From the NCBI GenBank assembly GCA_012799995.1, contig JAAZKE010000025.1:6847-70846 (forward strand): 64,000 bases of DNA, written 5' to 3'. Under the pieces are notes generated by a model, which saw nothing but the letters and a program-made list of their open reading frames with translations, searched no databases and had not been told where the DNA came from. The DNA comes from Chloroflexota bacterium. GTDB taxonomy: Bacteria; Chloroflexota; Anaerolineae; Anaerolineales; Anaerolineaceae. Position 1 is the first letter of the stretch. Every line of letters begins with the position of its first letter. Of the stretch, positions 49,193 to 58,944 are shown in pieces. Made by a program: the position numbers and the translations under genes.

Positions 49193-50146
49193 ATGAGTGA
49201 ACAACGTTTACCGTCATATGGCGGACAGGCTTTAATCGAAGGTGTGTTGATGCGCGGAAGCAAATATGTGGTTGCTTCGATGCGTCGTCCAGATGGGGAA
49301 ATTGAGCGTGTTGAAGAAGCGCTGGGTGGCATTTATAAGACCAAAATCCGCGACATTCCAGTCATGCGTGGCTTGGTAATTCTCTGGGATTCATTAGGGT
49401 TAGGGTTGAAATATCTGACAGTCTCAGCGAATGTGCAAACTGGTGAAGAGGAAAAGATTGAGAAGTCAGAGATGGTCATCACGTTGATCATCTCGCTGGC
49501 AATCTCCGTTTTGTTGTTCTTTGTTGCTCCCGCCTGGCTCGGCCAATTGATGAAAACAAAACTGGGAATTTCGCAGGCGCTCAGTAATATCTTTGAAGGG
49601 TTAATCCGTCTGCTGATTGTGATCGGTTACATGGTTTTGGTATCAAGGATGGAAGAAATCAAGCGTGTATTCCGTTACCATGGTGCCGAGCATAAAACGA
49701 TCAACGCCTTTGATAACGGCTGCCAAATCACCATCGAGAATGTACGCGCGCAGTCCCGGCTCCACCCTCGCTGTGGCACCGCATTCATGGTTACCGTCGT
49801 TTTGATTTCAATCATCCTTTTTATCATTATCGGGCCGTTGACACCCACAATGACTTCCAGGCTTATCAGCCGCATTATTCTGATTCCGGTCATTTCCGGG
49901 ATAGCTTATGAATATATTCGCTGGAACGCAAAACACCTCTCCAACCCGATTGTCAAGCTCCTTTATTACCCGAATCTTGCCGTCCAGAAAATTACAACGG
50001 CGGAACCGGATGACAGCATGTTGGAATGTGCCATCTCTTCTTTTCTGCGTGTGTTGGAGCTGGAGAATGTGAAGAATGAAACGCTTACTGAGGCAAACGG
50101 TGAGAAAAAAGCCTGTGTTCCTGTTGAGAAGAATACTTCTCTTTAG
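49193..50146 (+). CDS. DUF1385-domain membrane protein
   Basis: YGGQA.IEGV.MR, F.YHGAEHK.IN, HPRCGT.F and Q..TT.EP motifs. Confidence 0.9.
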   Translation: MSEQRLPSYGGQALIEGVLMRGSKYVVASMRRPDGEIERVEEALGGIYKTKIRDIPVMRGLVILWDSLGLGLKYLTVSANVQTGEEEKIEKSEMVITLIISLAISVLLFFVAPAWLGQLMKTKLGISQALSNIFEGLIRLLIVIGYMVLVSRMEEIKRVFRYHGAEHKTINAFDNGCQITIENVRAQSRLHPRCGTAFMVTVVLISIILFIIIGPLTPTMTSRLISRIILIPVISGIAYEYIRWNAKHLSNPIVKLLYYPNLAVQKITTAEPDDSMLECAISSFLRVLELENVKNETLTEANGEKKACVPVEKNTSL

Positions 50147-50152
50147 AATCTG

Positions 50153-50698
50153 ATGAGCAGGTGGCAGGTAATTCTTACTTCTGTATTGTGTACCTTCTTA
50201 GTTGGTGGATTAATCCTGCTTCTGAGCAGCCGTCCACGAGGAGAACCGCTCATTTTAAGCACAGTCAACCATGACAATCGAATCGTATACGAAATATATG
50301 GAGCAGTAGCCTCACCGGGCGTTTATCATTCCACACAGGGTTTGCGCGTAATGGATGCAGTTGAAAATGCCGGCGGTACGCTTGATTCAGCGGACAGCGA
50401 GAACAGCGGACTTGCCCGACGAATCAACGACGGAGATATCATAATCATCCCAACCATAGCACCTTATCAGGCAACAATCACCTTAAGTATCAAAACTGGA
50501 ACAGCCAGGTTGAACCTGAATTTAGCTACGCTTGAGGAAATGATGACCTTACCCGGGATTGGCGAAAAAAAAGCGCAAGATATAATTGACTATAGAGAGA
50601 AATTGGGTGGTTTCAAAGAGGTTGCCGATTTACTGGATATTCCCGGATTCGGAGAAAAAACTATTGAACAGTTTTATGACCTCGTTTTGGTAGAATAG
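50153..50698 (+). CDS. comEA: ComEA-family DNA-binding protein
   Basis: N-terminal TM, SLBB (GAV.SPGVY), NLN.A..EE..TLPGIG..KA..II.YR helix-hairpin-helix. Confidence 0.85.
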   Translation: MSRWQVILTSVLCTFLVGGLILLLSSRPRGEPLILSTVNHDNRIVYEIYGAVASPGVYHSTQGLRVMDAVENAGGTLDSADSENSGLARRINDGDIIIIPTIAPYQATITLSIKTGTARLNLNLATLEEMMTLPGIGEKKAQDIIDYREKLGGFKEVADLLDIPGFGEKTIEQFYDLVLVE

Positions 50699-50710
50699 GA
50701 GCTGATTATT

Positions 50711-51154
50711 ATGACAATCAAGCAACAACTGGAAGAGAACTTGAAAGAAGCGATGAAGTCTCAGGACGAAGATCGGAAACGTGTATATCGCGTCGTCCTC
50801 GCATCGATAAGATATCTGGAAAAAGAACAGGGGAAACCGCTGGATGACCCCGCAACGGTCGAAGTCCTGCAAAAAGAAATCAAAATTCGCCGTGAAATGA
50901 TCGCAGACGCACTGAAAGCAGATCGTCCGGAATCGATTGAGGAAAAAGAGCTCGAAATAAATCTGATCGAAACCTTTCTGCCAAAACAGCTCAGCGAAGA
51001 TGAAATTAAAGAAATCGTACAAAAGACAATTGCAGAAGTTGGCGCTGTCAGCCCTGCTGATATGGGGAAAGTAATGAAAGCGGTTTTACCTCAAGTAAAA
51101 GGACTTGCACCGAATGATCAGGTGAGCAGAACAGTTCGGGAGCTGCTTCAATAA
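50711..51154 (+). CDS. GatB/YqeY domain protein
   Basis: K.AMK..D, FLPKQLSE.EI and DMGKVM motifs. Confidence 0.9.
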   Translation: MTIKQQLEENLKEAMKSQDEDRKRVYRVVLASIRYLEKEQGKPLDDPATVEVLQKEIKIRREMIADALKADRPESIEEKELEINLIETFLPKQLSEDEIKEIVQKTIAEVGAVSPADMGKVMKAVLPQVKGLAPNDQVSRTVRELLQ

Positions 51155-51156
51155 TC

Positions 51157-53349
51157 ATGGAACAATCAGTGATTGAGAGTAAAGGACAACCCAAGGATTC
51201 CTCATTTGTTCGAATCCTGATCTTCAGCACTGTCGTGATTGCCTCATTCGCTCTTTTATCGCTGCAAATTTCCATCCGCAAAACCAGCTACAGCCTCCAG
51301 ATTGGTGATGTAGCCACACAGGAAATTCTTGCCCCCCGCACAATAACGTATCAGAGCAAGATTCTTACAGACCAGGCAAAAAACGATGCCGAAAGCATGG
51401 TCAGCGCCGTCTACCTCCCCGCCGACCCCACCATTTCCCGCAATCAGGTTCTATACATGCGGTCATCCTATCAATTCATGTCCGTCGTCAGGGGAGATGC
51501 TTACGCTACCCGTGAGCAAAAAATCGATGACATCCAGAAATTGAACCTGGTCAGATTGGATGAACTGACTATCGGGGAAGTATTGGATCTGAGTGATGAA
51601 GACTGGTTGTTGGTCCAATCTGAAAGCCAGCGGATTCTTGAACAGATCATGCAGAATTCGATTCGCGAGGATCGCGTCAACCAGGAACTTGAGTCGATCC
51701 CAACCATGATCGATTATCAGATTGATCCTAAACTTACCGATCTGATCGAGAATTTGACCAGAAGGTTCGTTGTCCCCAACAGCATATATAGTGCCGAGCT
51801 CACAGAAGAGCGCAAGATTGAAGCACGTGACAGTATTCTTCCGCGCGAACGTACCTTCGTAACCAATCAGATTGTGGTTTCCAGAGGCCAGATTATCACC
51901 GAACTGATTTTTGAGGCGCTGGATGAAATGGGTCTGGTTTACTCGAAAAACGACGACCGCAAGATCATTTCTGCCGGGTTGCTGGTAATCGGTTTATCCC
52001 TTTTTGCGCTGCTGTTTTTTACCAGTGGAAAGCGTCATAGAGAACTGAACCTCCGGGCTTGCCTGTTGATGGGGGGATTATATCTCGCTTATCTTTTCAG
52101 CGCCCGGCTTTTCATCCCCAACCGGGCAGTGGTCCCGTTTATTTTCCCAATGGCATCGTTGGGATTTACGATTGCCTCGCTCAATGGCAGTCTATACGGC
52201 ATGATGATTTCCATCATAATCGGATTGCTCGTTCCTTATGATTTCCAATACGCAATTACCTATGCAACCTATTACATCATCACTTCGCTGGTGGGGATCA
52301 TCGTATTGAAAAAAGCACGCCAAACCTCAAGTTTCTTCTGGGCAGGTTTGGCTTCAGGAATCATCGGGATTCCAATCGTGATTGGCTATCATCTGACAAC
52401 CAAGGGAACCGATATGGTCGGCGCATTGACACTTTCGGCAGCGTCCCTCAGCAGCGGTCTGCTCTCAACAGGGATGACTATCATTTTCCAATACTTATTT
52501 TCAAAATTTGTCGGCGTTGCCACCTCTCTGCAACTGATGGAGATCATCCGTCCGGATTCACCGCTTCTACAGATGATCCTGAACACAGCCCCTGGAACCT
52601 ATCAGCATTCGTTGATGGTTGCCAATTTGGCAGAACAGGGGGCAAAAGCGATCAACGCCGATCCGCTGCTTGTTCGGGCTGGAGCGATGTATCACGATGT
52701 TGGAAAAGCATTAAATCCATCGTTTTTCGTCGAAAATCAGATTTCAGAGAATTTGAATTTGCATGAGGACATTACCCCCAAAGACAGCGCGAAAATGATC
52801 ATCCAACACGTGTATGATGGAGTATCACTGGTCAAAAAATATCAGCTTCCGGAAGTGATTGTGAATTTCGTTCTTGAGCATCACGGCACGAACGTTACCC
52901 GATATCAACTAAACCGGGCTGAAATGGAAAACGATGAAGACGAAGAGCTTGACCTCAGTGATTTTACTTACCCGGGGCCAAAGCCCCGCTCAAAAGAAAC
53001 CGCGCTCGTGATGCTCGCTGACACCTGCGAAGCGCGTGCACGCGCTGATCGACCACGCAATGATGATGAGATTGAACACCTGATTAAAGATGTGATCGAT
53101 TACTACAGTACCAACGGTCAATTGGATCTGACCCCATTAACATTATTTGACCTCACAAAAATTCGCGAATCTTTTACCCGGGTTTTGCGCAACACCTATC
53201 ATCCCAGGATGAAATATCCAGAAGATAACCGAAAAAAATCGGTTTCGAAAAAAAATGATCCAGTAGTACAAGATACTGGTCAGATTGTCACGAAAACCGA
53301 AACAGGTGCGCAAGCCACAGCCTCCGAAAAACAGCAGGAAATTTTATGA
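51157..53349 (+). CDS. 7TM-HD phosphohydrolase (PgpH-like cyclic-di-AMP phosphodiesterase family)
   Basis: 7TMR-HDED ectodomain, TM bundle, APGTY.HS, YHDVGK...P.FF.ENQ, HH, YPGP.P and MLAD..EA motifs. Confidence 0.88.
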   Translation: MEQSVIESKGQPKDSSFVRILIFSTVVIASFALLSLQISIRKTSYSLQIGDVATQEILAPRTITYQSKILTDQAKNDAESMVSAVYLPADPTISRNQVLYMRSSYQFMSVVRGDAYATREQKIDDIQKLNLVRLDELTIGEVLDLSDEDWLLVQSESQRILEQIMQNSIREDRVNQELESIPTMIDYQIDPKLTDLIENLTRRFVVPNSIYSAELTEERKIEARDSILPRERTFVTNQIVVSRGQIITELIFEALDEMGLVYSKNDDRKIISAGLLVIGLSLFALLFFTSGKRHRELNLRACLLMGGLYLAYLFSARLFIPNRAVVPFIFPMASLGFTIASLNGSLYGMMISIIIGLLVPYDFQYAITYATYYIITSLVGIIVLKKARQTSSFFWAGLASGIIGIPIVIGYHLTTKGTDMVGALTLSAASLSSGLLSTGMTIIFQYLFSKFVGVATSLQLMEIIRPDSPLLQMILNTAPGTYQHSLMVANLAEQGAKAINADPLLVRAGAMYHDVGKALNPSFFVENQISENLNLHEDITPKDSAKMIIQHVYDGVSLVKKYQLPEVIVNFVLEHHGTNVTRYQLNRAEMENDEDEELDLSDFTYPGPKPRSKETALVMLADTCEARARADRPRNDDEIEHLIKDVIDYYSTNGQLDLTPLTLFDLTKIRESFTRVLRNTYHPRMKYPEDNRKKSVSKKNDPVVQDTGQIVTKTETGAQATASEKQQEIL

Positions 53350-53834
53350 TTCATATCTACAACCGCACCGGTACAACCGGACTGCCCTTAAATCGAAAAC
53401 GCTACATTGAAATAACTACAACAATTTTAGGGGATTCAAAACAAAGCCTTTCCGATCTCACGCTGATTTTCGTCGATGCATCTGAAATTAAACAACTCAA
53501 TCATGAATTTCTGGACAATGATGACATCACCGATGTCCTGTCCTTTCCAGCAGATGGGGAAATTGATCCTGAAAGCGGAAGAGCATATCTCGGGGACATC
53601 TTGATATGCTACCCTCGTGCGCTTGAGCAGGCTGATCGCGCCGGTCACACTGTCGGAAATGAGATAGAACTGCTCCTTATTCATGGACTCTTACACTTGT
53701 TAGGCTACGATCACATAGAGGCAGAAGAAAAAGAGGAAATGTGGGCTTTACAGCGACATTATCTTGATCATTTTAATATCGAGCTCAATCATGAACCGGG
53801 TGAGGTTGATGAAGATCCCGCAGAAGAAATTTAA
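53346..53834 (+). CDS. ybeY: rRNA maturation endoribonuclease YbeY
   Basis: TDVLSF, LGDI.I and HGLLHLLGYDH motifs. Confidence 0.95.
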   Translation: MIHIYNRTGTTGLPLNRKRYIEITTTILGDSKQSLSDLTLIFVDASEIKQLNHEFLDNDDITDVLSFPADGEIDPESGRAYLGDILICYPRALEQADRAGHTVGNEIELLLIHGLLHLLGYDHIEAEEKEEMWALQRHYLDHFNIELNHEPGEVDEDPAEEI

Positions 53835-54189
53835 TCTGCGCGCTTTTTCCCACGCCTGGGATGGAATTAAAGCCGTTGTTACAGAGGAACCAAATTGTAA
53901 AGTCCATGCTTTTTTCACAGTAGTGGCTATCCTGGCTGGTTTCTTTTTCAAGTTAAGTCTGATTGAATGGGCTGTGATTTTAATGGCCATTGGATTTGTT
54001 TGGGCAATGGAGGCAATTAATACTGCAATCGAACACACAGTGGATCTCTGCGCCAGCGAATACAAGCCAGCAGCAAAGGCAGCTAAAGATGCTGCGGCAG
54101 CAGCAGTTCTGTTTGCGGCTGTTACCAGTATGGTTTTAGGTATAGTGATCTTTCTGCCAAAATTTCTCGCTTTGATTCGAAGTAACTAA
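53809..54189 (+). CDS. dgkA: Diacylglycerol/undecaprenol kinase
   Basis: F.HA..GI, E.N..VH, E..NTAIE..VD and AK.AKD.AA.AV motifs. ATG 53809 behind GAGG. Confidence 0.9.
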   Translation: MKIPQKKFNLRAFSHAWDGIKAVVTEEPNCKVHAFFTVVAILAGFFFKLSLIEWAVILMAIGFVWAMEAINTAIEHTVDLCASEYKPAAKAAKDAAAAAVLFAAVTSMVLGIVIFLPKFLALIRSN

Positions 54190-54273
54190 AGATTGATTTC
54201 GCAAACATAAAAAGTCCTCTGCACCAATTCAATTTCTATGTTAGAATGGTAAAGTTTGATTTGCTGAAAAGCA

Positions 54274-54321
54274 TTTCTTTCCATTTCCGGCCTGACCGGA
54301 AATAATCCCACGGAAAGGAGG
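54274..54321 (+). ncRNA. S6:S18-binding ribosomal protein leader (cis-regulatory RNA)
   Basis: Outer stem TTCTTTCC/GGAAAGGA sequesters the SD, inner hairpin ATTTCCGG-CCTGA-CCGGAAAT, unpaired AATCCCAC with CCC, directly before rpsF. Confidence 0.75.
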
Positions 54322-54329
54322 ATACTGCA

Positions 54330-54653
54330 ATGCGCACATACGAAATCGTTATCATTGCGAATCCTGAACTTGATGAAGAATCCCTGAACGGAATCATTGA
54401 AAAAGTCAGTTCCTGGATTACCGACGGTGGCGGCGAAATTGAAAAAGTCGATCACTGGGGTAAACGCAAGCTGGCTTACCAGATTCAAAAGCAGCGTGAA
54501 GGTGACTATTACCTGATTACTGCAAAGATGGAGCCAAGCGCTGTTAAAGAATTCAATTCGAATATTAAGTATGTTGAAAACATCATTCGTTCGATGGTTT
54601 CATTAGTGGAAGAGAAAAAGATTGAGAATCGTCAGGAACCGATTCAGGAGTAA
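54330..54653 (+). CDS. rpsF: 30S ribosomal protein S6
   Basis: MR.YE...I..P, WG.R.LAY.I and G.YYL motifs. Confidence 0.96.
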   Translation: MRTYEIVIIANPELDEESLNGIIEKVSSWITDGGGEIEKVDHWGKRKLAYQIQKQREGDYYLITAKMEPSAVKEFNSNIKYVENIIRSMVSLVEEKKIENRQEPIQE

Positions 54654-54655
54654 AA

Positions 54656-54937
54656 ATGAGTGAAGAAACGAACATGGAGCACGAATACAGAGGGGGACGA
54701 AAGTTTATTGCCCGTCCGAAAATCTGTCAATTTTGCTCAGAAAAAGATTTGGAAATCGATTATAAAAATGTCGATCTACTGAGACGCTATGTCACTGAAG
54801 ACGGAAAAATCCGCCCAAGAAGACAGACAGGGACCTGTGCCAAGCACCAACGTGCTGTTGCCGCTGCTGTCAAAAAATCACGCTTTATTGCACTGATCCC
54901 GTACACGTCAGAACCTTACCAGGATGTTGTACGCTGA
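54656..54937 (+). CDS. rpsR: 30S ribosomal protein S18 (Zn-binding C+ form)
   Basis: K.CQFC, IDYK.VD.L, GKI.PRR.TG.C.KHQR and ALIPY motifs. Confidence 0.96.
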   Translation: MSEETNMEHEYRGGRKFIARPKICQFCSEKDLEIDYKNVDLLRRYVTEDGKIRPRRQTGTCAKHQRAVAAAVKKSRFIALIPYTSEPYQDVVR

Positions 54938-54957
54938 TTCTTGCGTTTTGATTTGAG

Positions 54958-54992
54958 AAAATAGGGCATGGAAAACCTCTGTGCCCTATTTT
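54958..54992 (+). terminator. Terminator after rpsR
   Basis: AAAATAGGGCAT...GTGCCCTATTTT. Confidence 0.65.
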
Positions 54993-55006
54993 ACTAAGGA
55001 GTGTAT

Positions 55007-56371
55007 ATGTCAAAAAATGTGAAAAATCAAACACAACCCATGCGGAGAATGAACAAAGAAACACGCTCCAGGCATGAGAAGGATCAGAAGAAATTAAAAT
55101 GGTTGAAGATTGGCGCTGGTATTATCGGTGCGTTGATCATCCTGCTGATCCTGGCAGGAATCTTTTATGAGTATCAGTACAAGCCGAACAAAGTTCTGGG
55201 CAGGGTTGAAAACGACAAGATAACTGTTACAAACTTTCAGGAATACGTCCGCTATCAACGTGTCAACATTATCAGCAACTACAATTACATGTCGCAGCTT
55301 TATCAAATGATGGGTATGCCGATGGATGAAAACACCAAAGCAGAATATGAGTCCCAGTTGTCACCAGCTTATGCAGTAATCCTGGGACGACAGGCTTACA
55401 CTACCATGATCAACAATCTGGTGATGAAACACGCAGCGAAAGCAATGGATATATCCGTCAGTGATGATGAAATTGAAGCTGAGATGAAGAACATGTGGGG
55501 GTATTTCCCCAATGGAACTCCCACTCCACAGCCCACTGCTGTGCCGTATGTCAACACTCCGACAGTCTCCGCAGAACAGATTGCACTGTTAAATTACACT
55601 CCGACCCCAGTTGCAACCGCAACCGGTAGCGCACTGACTTCCCTGACCGAGGAGTCCGGTCCAGAAGCTCTCTTATCAACAGAAACCCCAGTTGCTACGC
55701 AAACTCTTGTGCCAACGGAGACTCCCGAGCCAACTCCGCAGGGAGAACCGACTGAAACGCTTCAACCAACCCCCAGTTTGACACCCACGTCTTATACGGA
55801 AGAAATGTATAAGGAAAATGTGGCAAATCAGTTCAAGAATAATCAATATTATTCTGAAGCCTTCTTCAAACAACAGGTTTCCTATCAGTTGCTTGAAGAT
55901 AAGGTGAAGAAGTCGCTGGAAGCGGGAATTACCCGCGAAGCGGACATGGTTTGGGCACGGCATATTCTGGTTGAAACTGAAGAAGAGGCCAAAGCGGTAA
56001 TTGAGCGACTCGACAATGGCGAGGATTGGAACGTGGTTGCTGCTGAAGTATCTCTGGATGAAGCAAACAAAAACAATGGTGGAGATTTGGGCTGGTTTAC
56101 AAAAGGATCGATGGTTGCTCCTTTCGAAACCGCCGCATATGAACAGAAAATTGGAACATACAGCCAGGAACCTGTGAAAAGCGACTTCGGCTACCACATC
56201 ATTCAGATTATTGGACATGAGGTACGCCCGCTGACATCAACACAATATCAGACCGCGATCACCACTGCATATTACAAGTGGCTTGAGGAAGAGAAAGCCA
56301 AACTGAATGTCACAGAATCGAATGACTGGATGGAATTCGTTCCTACCGAACCTGCATTCTCACCTTTCTAA
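55007..56371 (+). CDS. Membrane-anchored parvulin-type peptidyl-prolyl isomerase (PrsA/SurA-like)
   Basis: N-terminal TM, SurA-like N-domain, P/T-rich insert, ARHILV, S.D..N..NGGDLGWF..G.MV.PFE.AA and S.FGYHII motifs. Confidence 0.88.
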   Translation: MSKNVKNQTQPMRRMNKETRSRHEKDQKKLKWLKIGAGIIGALIILLILAGIFYEYQYKPNKVLGRVENDKITVTNFQEYVRYQRVNIISNYNYMSQLYQMMGMPMDENTKAEYESQLSPAYAVILGRQAYTTMINNLVMKHAAKAMDISVSDDEIEAEMKNMWGYFPNGTPTPQPTAVPYVNTPTVSAEQIALLNYTPTPVATATGSALTSLTEESGPEALLSTETPVATQTLVPTETPEPTPQGEPTETLQPTPSLTPTSYTEEMYKENVANQFKNNQYYSEAFFKQQVSYQLLEDKVKKSLEAGITREADMVWARHILVETEEEAKAVIERLDNGEDWNVVAAEVSLDEANKNNGGDLGWFTKGSMVAPFETAAYEQKIGTYSQEPVKSDFGYHIIQIIGHEVRPLTSTQYQTAITTAYYKWLEEEKAKLNVTESNDWMEFVPTEPAFSPF

Positions 56372-56384
56372 CTGGAGCTTACAT

Positions 56385-56423
56385 AAAAAGAAGCGTTCGG
56401 AAAAGATTCGAACGCTTCTTTTT
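56385..56423. terminator. Bidirectional terminator
   Basis: AAAAAGAAGCGTTCG-9 nt-CGAACGCTTCTTTTT between convergent genes. Confidence 0.85.
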
Positions 56424-56440
56424 ATTTCAATAGTGCAAGG

Positions 56441-58942
56441 TTACTTCACTTCATTTCCAGGCTTCTCAGCTTTTTTCCGCGGTGTTTTTTCATTTTTCGT
56501 TACGGTCATCACCGGCTTCACACCGCCAAATACGATTTCAATAACCTGGCTCATGTGATTGACGGGATGGATTTCCAGTTCTTTCAGTTCCGCCTGTGGT
56601 AATTCACTTAAATCTTTCATATTTTTCTCAGGCAGAACAATTGTGTTAATGCCGACACGATGGGCTGCCAGCATTTTTTCCTTAATCCCGCCAACTGGCA
56701 GAACATTCCCCCGTAAGGTTATCTCCCCAGTCATCGCAACATCTTTTTTCACCGGAAAATTTGTCATCGCAGAAAGAACTGCTATTGCCAAGGTAATTCC
56801 GGCACTGGGCCCATCCTTGGGAACAGCACCTTCAGGAAGATGAATATGAACATCGGTCTTCTCAAAATAATCTTTCGGAATCTGATATTCTTTCGATTTT
56901 GACTTAATGTAGGAAAGAGCAGCCTGCGCAGATTCCTGCATTACCTCACCAATCTGTCCGGTAATTGTCAGGTTCCCTTTCCCTTCATAAATCAACGCCT
57001 CAACGGTTGTGATGTCACCACGATTGTTTGTCCATGCCATCCCGGTGGCAACGCCAATTTCATCTTGTTTCTCTTTTTCCGATTGAAAAAATACCGGAGG
57101 CCCCATATATTTTTCCAGATCCTCAGGTTTCACAATCCTGTCATACGATTTTTGAGTCGCCTTCAGCCGTGCAATTTTTCGGCAGATTTTCCCAATTTCG
57201 CGTTCAAGGTTGCGAACGCCTGCTTCACAGGTGTATTCGCGAATCAGGCATTTGATCGTTTGATCCTCAAATTGCACATCCTCCGGATCCAGACCATTCT
57301 CTTCGATCTGCCTGGTTATCAAGTACTCCTTGGCAATTGTCACTTTTTCTTCTTCGATGTACCCTGGGAATTCAATGATTTCCATGCGGTCGAGCAGCGC
57401 GTCAGGGATGTTATCGGCATTGTTTGCCGTGGTAACAAACATTACCTTCGAGAGATCATAATCCACCTCAAGATAGTGGTCCGAAAATTTATCATTCTGT
57501 TCCGGATCAAGGACTTCAAGTAGAGCAGAAGCCGGGTCGCCGCGGTAATCGTTACCCAGTTTGTCAATCTCATCCAGCATAAACAGCGGATTGGTCGTTC
57601 CCGCTTTTTTCATCGTTTGCAAAATTCTGCCCGGCAGTGAACCGATGTAGGTGCGGCGATGTCCTCTGATTTCCGCTTCATCACGCACACCGCCCAGCGA
57701 AATACGAACAAAGACCTTCTCCAGTGCCTCAGCAATGGACTTGCCAATTGAGGTTTTACCGGTTCCTGGCGGCCCCACAAAACAAAGAATGGGTTGCTTT
57801 TCTTTCTTCGGTTTCAGGCTTTTTACCGCGATATATTCAAGGATGCGGTCTTTAGCTTTCTCCAGTCCGTAGTGATTGCGGTTCAACACCTCCTCCGCAT
57901 GTTTTACATCCAGATTGTCAGCAGTCTTGACCTCCCATGGCAGGTCAAGCAACCAGTCAAGATAGGTGCGCGAAACGCTCGTTTCCGGTGACATCGGGGG
58001 AATTTGTGACAGTCGCTCAAATTCTTTAAGTGCCACCGCTCGTGCTTCATCACTCAATTTTGTCTGATCGATCCGCTCGCGCAATTCGTTCATTTCGCGC
58101 GTGTAAACATCCTCTTCATTTAATTCCTGCTGAATTGCTTTCAGTTGTTCGCGCAGATAATACTCACGTTGGTTTTTGTCCATCTCATTTTGTACCTGCG
58201 AGCTTATTTTGTTCCCCAGTTCCAGCACTTCCAGTTCTTCCGCCAGGAACTGATTCAGCAATACCAGGCGATTCAAAGGATCAATCTCCACAAGAATCTG
58301 TCTCCGTTTTTCCACTGGAAAGGATATTGTGGTCGTGATCATATCAGCCAGCCAAGACGGTTCTTTGATCGTTGCGGCATACATGCTTGCTTCATCCGGG
58401 ATTTTGCGATCCAATGCCACACATTTTTCGAACAGGTCCAACGTAGTCCGAATTAAAGCTTCTAACTGTTTTGTTCTTCTGACTTTTTCATCCACAACTT
58501 GTGCCCGAACCATGAGGAACGGTGTTTTTCGCACCACTTCCCTGATGATCACACGTCGTCTCCCCTGCACCAGCGAAGAAAAGTGCTCATCAGGCAAATT
58601 AACAAGTCGCCCAACTGCGATTTCAAGTCCTACCGGCTGAAAATCTGCTTTGGACATAGGATTCTGCTTTGCAGGATTCTTGGCAATCAATGTAACAATT
58701 GTTTGATCACAGTCTATTCCGTATTGGATCGCTGCCAGGCTCTTTTTTTTATTGATGAACACCGGTGTAATCATCTTGGGGAATAAAATGTTTTCATACA
58801 GCGGAATCGCTGCAGCAATAAATTCATCATGCTCATCCAAGTCTGCATCCGGAATACGGAATAATTCTTCTGTTCTCTGACTTAAGTTTGTAGTGAATTC
58901 CGAAGCGATGTCTTTATCGTCTAACCAGTTTTTTGAACTCAT
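56441..58942 (-). CDS. lon: Endopeptidase La
   Basis: QREYYLREQ, GPPGTGKTS, HRRTYIG, DEIDK, PKDGPSAG and GG.KEK motifs. Confidence 0.97.
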   Translation of the reverse strand: MSSKNWLDDKDIASEFTTNLSQRTEELFRIPDADLDEHDEFIAAAIPLYENILFPKMITPVFINKKKSLAAIQYGIDCDQTIVTLIAKNPAKQNPMSKADFQPVGLEIAVGRLVNLPDEHFSSLVQGRRRVIIREVVRKTPFLMVRAQVVDEKVRRTKQLEALIRTTLDLFEKCVALDRKIPDEASMYAATIKEPSWLADMITTTISFPVEKRRQILVEIDPLNRLVLLNQFLAEELEVLELGNKISSQVQNEMDKNQREYYLREQLKAIQQELNEEDVYTREMNELRERIDQTKLSDEARAVALKEFERLSQIPPMSPETSVSRTYLDWLLDLPWEVKTADNLDVKHAEEVLNRNHYGLEKAKDRILEYIAVKSLKPKKEKQPILCFVGPPGTGKTSIGKSIAEALEKVFVRISLGGVRDEAEIRGHRRTYIGSLPGRILQTMKKAGTTNPLFMLDEIDKLGNDYRGDPASALLEVLDPEQNDKFSDHYLEVDYDLSKVMFVTTANNADNIPDALLDRMEIIEFPGYIEEEKVTIAKEYLITRQIEENGLDPEDVQFEDQTIKCLIREYTCEAGVRNLEREIGKICRKIARLKATQKSYDRIVKPEDLEKYMGPPVFFQSEKEKQDEIGVATGMAWTNNRGDITTVEALIYEGKGNLTITGQIGEVMQESAQAALSYIKSKSKEYQIPKDYFEKTDVHIHLPEGAVPKDGPSAGITLAIAVLSAMTNFPVKKDVAMTGEITLRGNVLPVGGIKEKMLAAHRVGINTIVLPEKNMKDLSELPQAELKELEIHPVNHMSQVIEIVFGGVKPVMTVTKNEKTPRKKAEKPGNEVK

Positions 58943-58944
58943 TT

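Noticed and set aside
49180-49200. 6-aa uORF (MGKIYE) 7 nt after TATAAT, overlapping the DUF1385 start
   Set aside because: GGGAAAG can serve simply as the SD for ATG 49193, so this cannot be told apart from coincidence.
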